Assembly (NCBI RefSeq): GCF_902713615.1
Contig: NC_052158.1
Location: 51,898,539-51,962,538 of the forward strand
Source: Scyliorhinus canicula
Lineage: Eukaryota
Direction: 5' to 3'
DNA length: 64,000 bases
Shown here: positions 49,783 to 60,270 of the stretch, in pieces
How the letters are laid out: the number at the start of each line of letters is the position of its first letter
Position numbering within the stretch: the first letter of the stretch is position 1
The notes under the pieces: model-generated
Seen by the model: only the letters and a program-made list of their open reading frames with translations
The model's database searches: none
Told to the model about the DNA's origin: nothing
Program-made: the position numbers and the translations under genes

Positions 49783-50849
49783 AAACATCTTTAATAATGG
49801 CTCTAACATTTTCCCTGTAACTGGTCTGTAGTTTCCTGCTTTCTGTCTCCAACACATTTTGAATTGTGGAGTTACATTTGCCGTTTTTCTATTTTCCAAT
49901 TTAATAGAACCTTCCCCAAATCTAGGTAATTTTTGGAAGAATAAAACCATTGCATCAACAATCTCATTAGTCACTTCTTTTAAGACGCTTCAATAAAATC
50001 CATTCGGACCTGGAGACTTTCAGCCCGAAGTCCCAACAATTTACTCAGTATCACTTCCCTGGTGATTGTAATTTTCCCAGAGTTCCTTCCTCCCTACCAT
50101 TTCCTGATTTACAACTCTTTCTGGAATGTCTTGCCGTTCCCAGAAATAATCGCACTTTTGAATCAAATCTGTTAAACACTTCGATATCTGGGAGTTTCAC
50201 TGTTAGAAGATTTGCATGTTCCTTACCATTAGATGCATTAGACAGAGACAGATACTGGAGTCCAAATCTAATTTATTAGAATTTAAGTAAATACAAAATT
50301 GCAAGTACGAATCGAGCCACCTCTTGCAAAGCACAACTCCCCCCTCCCCCGACCCAACCCCATGAGCAATAACACACCGGATTATGTTCCACAACTCCTA
50401 GCAATGAACACTTCCCTCTTCCCCAGGAGGGTCTCATGGAGCAGGTCGCCCCACCCCTCCTCCGAAGGTCTCGGGAATCAAACTCCCACGCTCTGTGGGC
50501 AGGTCAGATGCGGTGGGCACAACAATCCGTGAAAAGCCAGCTGGATTCAGTGTAAGTGGAGCTCCGGACTCCAATAGAGCACCTGACAATGTAGTCAGAA
50601 GCTGAGGGATGGCGATCAGGCTCACCGCTACACTAAATGTCTGAGAGACAATTAAAGAATTTAACTGTTAAAATGCAAATAAGCCCCACATCAATGAATG
50701 AATCAATGGGCGGAATTTTCCACTCCCAGCGGCAGGAATCATGGCGGGCGGGACAGCAAGATTTGTCGGAAAACCGAAAATCAGATTCCCATTGGTGGGA
50801 AGTTAGTTTGGAATCTTGTTTACCCAATTTTCATGGTGGTTTTAAAGGT

Positions 50850-51584
50850 CAAGGCGATGTGCCTGAATGTTTATTAAAAGACAGAATCATATTCCACCTG
50901 CAGATTATGCACCCAGCCAGCTGGAAGCTATAAGCTTCTCTTTTGTGACTGTACATAAAGTAGTGTGCACTTGGCAAGCTCAACCTGAGGTCGGTAGCTG
51001 CTGCTTTCGCCTTCCATTCACAGTCAGAGAGATGTGTCTGCTGCCTCAGAGATATGTCTGCTGCCTGAGAGATATGTCTGCTGCCTGTCATACAAGCTGT
51101 GCCAAGGCTGGGTAAGGGGGAGGGCTGAGTCTGCAATAGCCCGTGTCTGTGTGGAGGAGTGAATGGCTCAATGGAGACTGTGAAGTAACAGTGAATCGAG
51201 GCACTGCCTGTCAGCCCCACCACAAGATTCATTGCCGCCCTCATGGATGCAGAATGAATAAACTGACCAGCATACGATACGATCCCACGTGTCCAGCCCT
51301 CCAGCGGAAGTCATTCCAATTCCTGCTCCTGCCACTCAGTCTCCAGAATGGAAAATGCCGCCTAATATTCCAGAATTTGTGCAGTAAACAGTGCAAATTG
51401 ATGCTAGATTCATCAATTTCCCAATACAGAAAGCACATATAATTCATTATCTACACCCCCCCCCCCCCCATTACAATCAGAGTTTCAGATGTAGTTGATG
51501 AAACTCCCTCCCGATTCTCTCATCACCTCCATTCGCTGATCATTGATTGAACTCCGTGGAATGTCACCGCGACACAAGAAAGCA
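50850..51584 (-). other. Candidate 3'UTR exon of the MHC class I gene
   Basis: Strong acceptor TTTTATTTCTCCTCCTCAG|TG at 51585; AATAAA on the minus strand at 50870-50875; unique non-repeat sequence; upstream exon has a donor 2 nt after the stop. Confidence 0.6.
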
Positions 51585-51629
51585 CTGAGGAGGAGAAATA
51601 AAATAGATGGTTAGTGATGTAGATCTATC

Positions 51630-51970
51630 AGCCCCCCAACACCATCAGAGCCTCCTCAAACACCAACAAACCCCACCAGACCCCAAAAACCCCATAAAGG
51701 CCCCAAACCCTCCATCAGATCTGCCCCAAAACTCCTAAACCCCTCCATCAGATCCCCAACACCAACAAAACCCCATCAGACCGCCCCAAACACCAGCAGG
51801 TCCCCTCAGACCGCCCCAAACATCAGCAGGTCCCCTCAGACCGCCCCAAACACCAGCAGGTCCCATCAGAACACCCCAAACACCAGCAGGACCCAACAGA
51901 ACACCCCAAACACCAGCAGGTCCCAACAGAACACCCCAAACACCAATGCAACACACTTGACCCAAAACCA
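51630..51970. repeat. ~30-bp C/A-rich minisatellite (ACCGCCCCAAACACCAGCAGGTCCCCTCAG)
   Basis: About 6 clear units at 51780-51950 plus degenerate flanks. Confidence 0.85.
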
Positions 51971-52519
51971 GCAAATCCCACCTTACCCCTCATTTTCCAT
52001 TAACTAGTAACACTGGATCCTGGGGGCCACAGTAGGGGAAAGAGGCATCATAAAACCCCAGTGAAAACTGAATTCCTCGAAATTAAACAAGCAACTAACA
52101 GCACTCTGCGCCCCGGGGGAGATGCTGTGAGATGTGTTCCCCACCTCAAACTACTTGTGAGGCACAATCCAGCAGAAAAGTTTCTAAGTGACATTTGTGG
52201 TGGGTTTTGCTGGGAGTTTCCCTCTCTATCAGAGTTCACCTCGAATACCTAACGACGAGTCACTTTTTTGGGTCCTGGGCAATTTCTCCCCAGTCAGGCC
52301 CACACTTCAAGTTCAGTTCCCCAGTGATGAAAATAGTTCACTGCCCAGACTGGCTCCTCCGCAATCAGGCCACCATTTTGAAAGAGTGCTCTGTTCCCTA
52401 AATGGGCTTGAAGACCGCCACACCCCCCACCCATGGACAATGTCACCCATACTCCACATCTCCCCCAAGTGATGACACTCCACTATGGGGTCACTGAGGG
52501 CCTCCCTTTCCAGGCTTTC

Positions 52520-52750
52520 CCACACCCTCTTTCTTTTCTTTTAATTTACAGTACCCAATTATCTTTTTTCCAATTAAGGGGCAATTTAGCGTGGTCAATC
52601 CACCTGACCTGCACATCTCTGGGTTGTGGGTGTGAAACCCACTTAGACACGGGAGAATGTGCAATCTCCACACGGACAGTGGCCTATGGCCTGGATTCGA
52701 ACCCTGGTCCTCAGTGCCGTAGGCAGCAGTGCTAACCACTGTGTCACGTG
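52520..52750 (-). mobile_element. Diverged HE1-like V-SINE
   Basis: Reverse complement of head (GCGGCACGTGACACAGTGGTTAGCAC) and V core. Confidence 0.75.
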
Positions 52751-53043
52751 CCGCCCTCCCACATCCTCTTCCAGGCCATCCCCTTTGACGACCCCAACCC
52801 TTCACCCCCACCCCCAAAACCTTTCAGAGGTCTCTTCATACTCGCCCTGCACCCTCCCATCCTTCATACCGCCCTTCTTTCATTGGCATGGCCCCCTCAG
52901 GCCCTGACCCTTGGCTGTGCCTCTCCCGTTTGGGCGCACCATGGCCAGTAGATCGCACCCTTGATATGTCTTGCCTCAGATTAGCAACTCAGGTGGCCAG
53001 TCCCAAAGCTCAAGTGTTGAATTGCATGACCCAGTCTTTAATG

Positions 53044-53152
53044 GAGAGAGAAGAGAGGAGAGAGAGGAGAGAAAGAGGGGAGAAGAGAGGAGAGAGACAA
53101 GAGAGAAGAGAGAAAAGAGAGGAGTGAGAAGGGAGAAGAGAGAGAGAGCGAG
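53044..53152. repeat. GA-rich microsatellite
   Basis: (GA/GAA)n run. Confidence 0.85.
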
Positions 53153-53268
53153 AATGAATAATTTTACAAGATACTGAACTGCACCCAGATTCCACCCGAG
53201 GGGGTACAGTAAACACCAGCTGGAAAACTCCAGTTTCACCACTCACTATTGATCAATAATACTCATAC

Positions 53269-53323
53269 CTTTAGGCAGTGGCATTGGTTGAAGAGTTTGA
53301 TGAGGAATCACCTTTATCAGAAG
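53269..53323 (-). CDS. MHC class I cytoplasmic exon 2 (stop codon at 53271-53273)
   Basis: TTAACAG| acceptor, |GTATGA donor; phase 1 reads (T)SDKGDSSSNSSTNATA*, the serine-rich tail typical of shark UAA-type class I. Confidence 0.85.
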
Positions 53324-53369
53324 CTGTTAATGGAAGAACAAGCATTAATAAACTGTTTACCATCAGTGG

Positions 53370-54223
53370 GCAACAGGCTCAGAGGGCCACAACGCACAGA
53401 GAGGGTCACAAGGGGCAGAGAGGGCCACAACGCACAGAGAGGGTCACAAGGGGCAGAGAGGGTCACAAGGGGCAGAGAGGGTCACAAGGGGCAGAGAGGG
53501 ACACAAGGGGCAGAGAGGGACACAAGGGGCAGAGAGGGACACAAGGGGCAGAGAGGGACACTAGGGGCAGAGAGGGACACTAGGGGCAGAGAGGGACACA
53601 AGGGGCAGAGAGGGACACTAGGGGCAGAGAGGGACACTAGGGGCAGAGAGGGACACAAGGGGCAGAGAGGGACACAAGGGGCAGAGAGGGACACAAGGGG
53701 CAGAGAGGGTCACAAGGGGCAGAGAGGGTCACAAGGGGCAGAGAGGGTCACAAGGGGCAGAGAGGGTCACAAGGGGCAGAGAGGGTCACAAGGGGCAGAG
53801 AGGGTCACAAGGGGCAGAGAGGGTCACAAGGGGCAGAGAGGGTCACAAGGGGCAGAGAGGGTCACAAGGGGCAGAGAGGGTCACAAGGGGCAGAGAGGGT
53901 CACAAGGGGCAGAGAGGGGCACAAGGGGCAGAGAGGGTCACAAGGGGCAGAGAGGGACACAAGGGGCAGAGAGGGTCACAAGGGGCAGAGAGGGTCACAA
54001 GGGGCAGAGAGGGTCACAAGGGGCAGAGAGGGTCACAAGGGGCAGAGAGGGTCACAAGGGGCAGAGAGGGTCACAAGGGGCAGAGAGGGTCACAAGGGGC
54101 AGAGAGGGTCACAAGGGGCAGAGAGGGTCACAAGGGGCAGAGAGGGTCACAAGGGGCAGAGTGGGTCACAAGGGGCAGAGAGGGTCACAAGGGGCAGAGA
54201 GGGTCACAAGGGGCAGAGAGGGC
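53370..54223. repeat. 19-bp minisatellite GGGGCAGAGAGGGTCACAA (~43 units), intronic
   Basis: Near-perfect tandem array; 19-aa periodicity in the spurious ORF equals 3 units. Confidence 0.96.
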
Positions 54224-54415
54224 CAGATGGTGACGCACAGAAACGCAAGAGAATGCAGGTCACACACAAACACAGTCAGAGGGTGTGGGGGGGGGGTGTC
54301 ACACAGCGATGAAGACAGATCTATAAATTGAACACTGAACAGATACAAAGTGAGCAATATTTCCTATTTTCTTTACACAGTTAGATGAAGATGCAGTGGT
54401 TTGAGATAAACTTAC

Positions 54416-54448
54416 TCTTTGCTGGATTGTAGCCAGTCTTCTGCCCCG
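54416..54448 (-). CDS. MHC class I cytoplasmic exon 1 (33 nt)
   Basis: TTTTACAG| and |GTAAGT; phase 1 reads GQKTGYNPAK with the conserved class I tail tyrosine. Confidence 0.85.
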
Positions 54449-54585
54449 CTGTAAAACAAGGAAGTTTCAGTTAGTGACCAGAGAGCGACATTCAGAGAGG
54501 AGAAAGGTGGGGGACAGCAACCATTTCATCTTTCCCAGCTACTTTCCCTGCTGGCAGGGGTCATTTGTAGGAAAATAGGTACATT

Positions 54586-55511
54586 GGGCTGGATTCTCCG
54601 ATTTCCAGACTAAATGCTGACGCCGGAGTGGGAACAGTGACGTTTATGACAGAGTAAAACGGCACATCAATTCTGGGACCATTGGGAGGGCCTAGCAGCT
54701 GGGCCGGGTATATCACCCGGTTCCCACGGCACAAACGGCTGGAGAATGGCTGAGTTAGTGGCCATGCATGTGCACAGCAGCGGCCGCAGCGTACAGCATG
54801 GCCACTCGCGGACCCGGCCTGCCAAATAATGACCCCCAGTAACCCCCCTCACCACCCCTGGACCACCCCCCCCCCCCCCCCCCCCCGGACTGTAGTGGCA
54901 CTGGACACAGTCCGCAGCCGCCAAGAGGGGTCGACAAAAATTAAGTGTTCCGCGCAATCAGGAAGTCGGCTCATCGGAGGCGGAGCATCGGGCTTGATCT
55001 TGCCGGGCGGCGGAGGGGAAAGAGTGTGTCCATTTTGGACGCTGGCCCGACGATCGGTGGGCACCGATCGTGGGTCTGTCCCCTCCCGAGCACAGTCGTG
55101 GTGCTCCAGTCCCAATCGGGCCCCTGGATGCCCCAAACGGGCATCTGGCGCCCATTTCACGAATGCAGCGACCAGGTGTGTTTGCCTCCGTCGTGAAACG
55201 GGCGTGAAGGGCCGACCGCTCAGCCCATCGGGCTCGGAGAATCGCCGTTCGCCGTGAAAAACGGCGNNNNNNNNNNNNNNNNNNNNNNNNNNNNNNNNNN
55301 NNNNNNNNNNNNNNNNNNNNNNNNNNNNNNNNNNNNNNNNNNNNNNNNNNNNNNNNNNNNNNNNNNNNNNNNNNNNNNNNNNNNNNNNNNNNNNNNNNNN
55401 NNNNNNNNNNNNNNNNNNNNNNNNNNNNNNNNNNNNNNCGGGGGCGTAAAAAATGTCGGGGTGCCCTCCCGCGATTCTCCCAGGCCGCGTGGGGAGCGGA
55501 GAATCGTGCCC
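54586..55511. mobile_element. Harbinger-like MITE (contains an N gap) in the class I intron
   Basis: Ends GGGCTGGATTCTCCG / CGGAGAATCGTGCCC; related partial ends at 50708 and ~56243. Confidence 0.65.
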
Positions 55512-55603
55512 ACTATATCTTACACCTACCCAGTTCCCCACTGCTTCCCACATTTGCAGCATCCGGAGTCCCTTTGTCCAGCGTGCAACTGCCCATTTCC
55601 TAC

Positions 55604-55707
55604 CTTTCTTTTGTAGATGACGACACCCACAATGGCGAGAGCGATGAGCACCAGAACAGCAATGACAATACCAACAATAACTGGGACTGTGGAGTCAGCC
55701 TTCGGCT
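55604..55707 (-). CDS. MHC class I connecting peptide/transmembrane exon
   Basis: CTTTCAG| acceptor, AAG|GTAGGA donor; (E)PKADSTVPVIVGIVIAVLVLIALAIVGVVIYKRK. Confidence 0.9.
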
Positions 55708-55924
55708 CTGAAAGACAGAATAAATCAGAGTGAGAAAGTCAATCATCAGGGACCAGAAACATTAAAGGGGTCAGGGGAGAAGGTGCACTGAATCGAGTCA
55801 CATTGTAGTATCCCAGGATATACAGCTCAGCACTGACCATCTCTCCCAGACAGAGAGGGAGAGAGAGACAGCAAGAAAGAGCGGGCGAGAAGATTGGATC
55901 TTTACACAATGGAGATGGTCTTAC

Positions 55925-56182
55925 CATAAAACAGGATCATCGGCTCAGTCAATCCACTGTGAGCCACCTTACAGGAGTACTTGGCCGATACAGCGTCGTA
56001 GTCGGTGTGTTTTTCCATCTGGAAAGTGCCGTCATGATTAGGCCGGACCCCACTGGAATACATCTCGGCATCTTTCTCATCTCTGTGCATTATCACCTCG
56101 ATGGACTGAGGGTAGAACCCTGTGGCGACACAGGAGAGCTTGTTGCTGTTACCCAGGCGGGTAAAGGACACAGATGGAGCAA
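55925..56182 (-). CDS. MHC class I heavy chain alpha3 (IgC1) exon, UAA-like
   Basis: 258 nt, phase 1-1, AG/GT boundaries; VAPSVSFTRLGNSNKLSCVATGFYPQSIEV...PNHDGTFQ...YSCKVAHSGLTEPMILFY with both cysteines and the GFYP and PNxDGT(F/Y)Q class I motifs. Confidence 0.93.
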
Positions 56183-56949
56183 CTGAGAGAGAGAGAGAGA
56201 GTAAAAGTGTTAATGTCAGAATAGAGAGAAATTCAACACGTTAGCTGGAATTTTCTGGCCAGTTCCAACGACGGTGACCCCTCGCCGTCGGTTCGCCGCC
56301 AGTGGGGCTGCAAACATGAAACCCCGTCACTGGCCGATATCGGGCTGCCTGTGCTACCCAAAACAAGCCGAGGAGGCACAGAAAAACCGGACCATTGACC
56401 CCACTCAGTCAGAGAACCTTCGAAGAATTATGGTGCAAAACCTCTGATGAATGAACAAAATTTACCTGCATCTCAATTCCAGATTTGAAATCTGGAATGC
56501 GAGACTGATCATGTGTCAGTTTTGTTGCAACAACAGGGTCACATCATTGCATCCACTTCTGAAACAGCTATTAAAGCAAAGGATTATAAAGAGACTTTCT
56601 CAAGCGGAAGAAGAAATTATGTGTCTTAAACTGGAATTGCATGACTTTTAGGGAATGTTTGAAGGCAGTTGAAGACAATTCTCATTGTGAATCAAAGGTA
56701 CAAAGAGTTGGTGAAACAGGATGCTTTCACTAAAATTAGTCAAGGAAATCCTTTTCCAGGTTTTCCATCAGACCCTGAAGCTGGTGTGTCAGTATCGATC
56801 CAGACAGTTTGAATTGGGTGGGTTTTTAGGGGATGTGTTCGATTCCCCTCCTTTACTTAAGGAGTCAGGAGGAAAATGTTCTACGAGAAATCCTATTTTC
56901 AAAATGTCAATGAAATGCACTCAGAGCCTACGTGGACCAGCTGGCAGAT

Positions 56950-57520
56950 GTGTTCGCTCGGCCTTTTCTCATTAGAACGGAGAAGGATGAGGGGCGACTT
57001 GATAGAGGTTTATAAGATGATCAGGGGGATAGATAGACAGTCAGAGACTTTTCCCCAGGTGGAACAAACCATTACAAGGGGACATAAATTTAAGGTGAAT
57101 GGTGGAAGATATAGGGGGGATGTCAGAGGTAGGTTCTTTACCCCGAGAGTAGTGGGGGCATGGAATGCACTGCCTGTGGAAGTAGTTGAGTCGGAAACGT
57201 TAGAGTGTAGATTAATTTGTTCTTAAGGGCAGCACGGTAGCATTGTGGATAGCACAATTGCTTCACAGCTCCAGGGTCCCAGGTTCAATCCCGGCTTGGG
57301 TCACTGTCTGTGTGGAGTCTGCACATCCTCCCCGTGTGTGCGTGGGTTTCCTCCGGGTTCTCCGGTTTCCTCCCACAGTCCAAAGATGTGCAGGTTGGGT
57401 GGATGGCCATGATAAATTGCCCTTAGTGTCCAAAATTCTATGATCCATGATTAACCTAGGACAAACGTTCGGCACAACATCGTGGGCCGAAGGGCCTGTT
57501 CTGTGCTGTATTTCTCTATC
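56950..57520 (+). mobile_element. CR1 3' fragment followed by an HE1 SINE (57227-57520)
   Basis: FSLERRRMRGDLIEVYK; HE1 head, V core and tail. Confidence 0.85.
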
Positions 57521-57720
57521 TATCTTCAACCTGTCCCTGATGCAGCTCAAGGTAGTGCACAGAGCCTACGTCACTGAGATACACATGAATGGGTTCTTCC
57601 CTGAGGTGGAGGACAAGTGTGAGAAGTGTGGGGGGGTCTGGCCAACCACACCCACAAGTTCTGGACATGCCGCAGACTCAGGGAATTTTGGACGGTCTTC
57701 TTTGAGTCTATGTCCAAGGT

Positions 57721-57932
57721 AAGAAGTCTTACAACACCAGGTTAAAGTCCAACAGGTTTGTTTCGAATCACTAGCTTTTGGACCACTGCTCCTTCCTCAG
57801 GCTGATTCCTCAGGTGAGGAAGCCATGCTCCGAAAGCTAGTGATTCGAAACAAACCTGTTGGACTTCTACATGATGTTGTTAAGACTTCTTAATGAGCCC
57901 ACCCCAGTCCAACGATGGCATCTCCACATCAT
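57721..57932. mobile_element. Penelope-like inverted terminal repeat (fold-back) inserted in L1 debris
   Basis: ~75-bp arms 57721-57800 / ~57815-57891 (AAGAAGTCTTACAAC...GTTGTTAAGACTTCTT). Confidence 0.6.
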
Positions 57933-60270
57933 ATGCCCAAGGTGGTGGGGGCCGAACTGAAGCCGTGCCCGTCTGTGACGGTCTTCGGGGTATCACAGCA
58001 TCCAGACAGGGAAAGTGATGGACGCTCTGGCCTTCGCCTCACTGACCGCCAGGCGGAAACTTTGGGGCCTCCGAGTGACTGTCAGATCTAGCCGAATTCC
58101 CGAGGCTAGAAAAATTCAAATTTGAAATCAGAGATTCCACACCACATGGAGCAAATTCACAAGCCTATTTACAGACCTGTTTGCAGCCAGTGGGGCGGGG
58201 TGGGGGGGCACGTGGGCGGTGGGCAGGAAACAGGGATAGCTGCCCGTAGAGTGGAGACCTCAAGAGAAGCAGAGAAGGAAATGGGCAGGAGGCCCACTTT
58301 CTGGAGGGAACAAAGGCCTTCCCTGCATGGGGAGGAACCGGCATAAGAATCAGACCCACCCTCGATGGCCTGACGACCAAGGGGAAGTGGGACTTCCTCC
58401 CTGCCACCCCCACCCCGCGGAATTAAGTCTACTGTTGAGTCCCTTGAGGAACCAACCACACCAAGACACAGAAGGGGCAAACTGGGGACAACCCCAACCG
58501 CCAAACGTAGGAGTTCCAGCGGAACCGGACAAACCAGTTAAAAATCTAACATGATATCAAAATGTAAATATTATCCAGCATTGGGAGCCCCAGTGACGGC
58601 TGTAATGACAGCGAGGGGCTGAAGGCTGGTTGATCCAATCTATGTACAGGTTTCTTCCTTGTCGTTTTATTATACTTCACGTGTGAAACCCAGCCCTTAT
58701 TCTTCTCTGTAACTGTCACTTGAAACACCAATAAAAATATTCAAATAAAATATTTTCAATGATGGGGCTAACTCAAAATAAGAGATATAGCTTGATAGAA
58801 AACATCTGCCATAAAATTAAAACAATGTGTATAATTAACTAAAAGTCAATTTCAATATTGACTAACTGACTGTCTAACAATTGAGTAAGATGGGCTTTTG
58901 ACATTTTGAAGATATTAGAAGGGATCTCGAGAAACCGTTTTGGTAGAGATGTTGAAAGCATTGTGGAGAAAGAGAGAGAGAGTTGATGAGAGAATAATGC
59001 AGGAAGAGAGAGGTGGAGCGCACAATCTTTACACAACAGAGTTGGATTTAACAACTTTTCGAGGTTGTCACTTAACATCCTGGTCTGAGAATGTGGTGAG
59101 AAGTCTTTATAATCTTTATTATTGTCACAAGTAGGCTTACATTAACACTGCAATGAAGTTACTGTGAAAATCCCCCAGTCAGCACATTCCGGCACCTGTT
59201 CAGGTACAGAGAGGGAGAATTCCCAATGTCCAAATTACCTAACATCACGTCTTTTGNNNNNNNNNNNNNNNNNNNNNNNNNNNNNNNNNNNNNNNNNNNN
59301 NNNNNNNNNNNNNNNNNNNNNNNNNNNNNNNNNNNNNNNNNNNNNNNNNNNNNNNNNNNNNNNNNNNNNNNNNNNNNNNNNNNNNNNNNNNNNNNNNNNN
59401 NNNNNNNNNNNNNNNNNNNNNNNNNNNNNNNNNNNNNNNNNNNNNNNNNNNNNNNNNNNNNNNNNNNNNNNNNNNNNNNNNNNNNNNNNNNNNNNNNNNN
59501 NNNNNNNNNNNNNNNNNNNNNNNNNNNNNNNNNNNNNNNNNNNNNNNNNNNNNNNNNNNNNNNNNNNNNNNNNNNNNNNNNNNNNNNNNNNNNNNNNNNN
59601 NNNNNNNNNNNNNNNNNNNNNNNNNNNNNNNNNNNNNNNNNNNNNNNNNNNNNNNNNNNNNNNNNNNNNNNNNNNNNNNNNNNNNNNNAAGGGAACAAAG
59701 TCCCTTAGAGAGAGCGTTTAGCCACATTTCCTGGGACTTGCAGCTCCCCTCGACACTCACTCCCTCCTGNNNNNNNNNNNNNNNNNNNNNNNNNNNNNNN
59801 NNNNNNNNNNNNNNNNNNNNNNNNNNNNNNNNNNNNNNNNNNNNNNNNNNNNNNNNNNNNNNNNNNNNNNNNNNNNNNNNNNNNNNNNNNNNNNNNNNNN
59901 NNNNNNNNNNNNNNNNNNNNNNNNNNNNNNNNNNNNNNNNNNNNNNNNNNNNNNNNNNNNNNNNNNNNNNNNNNNNNNNNNNNNNNNNNNNNNNNNNNNN
60001 NNNNNNNNNNNNNNNNNNNNNNNNNNNNNNNNNNNNNNNNNNNNNNNNNNNNNNNNNNNNNNNNNNNNNNNNNNNNNNNNNNNNNNNNNNNNNNNNNNNN
60101 NNNNNNNNNNNNNNNNNNNNNNNNNNNNNNNNNNNNNNNNNNNNNNNNNNNNNNNNNNNNNNNNNNNNNNNNNNNNNNNNNNNNNNNNNNNNNNNNNNNN
60201 NNNNNNNNNNNNNNNNNNNNNNNNNNNNNNNNNNNNNNNNNNNNNNNNNNNNNNNNNNNNNNNNNNNNNA

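Noticed and set aside
54166-54320. Alternative terminal class I exon after the acceptor TTTATAG at 54321
   Set aside because: Gives no recognisable tail; exon 53269-53323 yields the canonical serine-rich ending with proper splice sites.
53249-54331. 360-aa plus-strand repetitive ORF
   Set aside because: Product of the 19-bp minisatellite, antisense within a class I intron.
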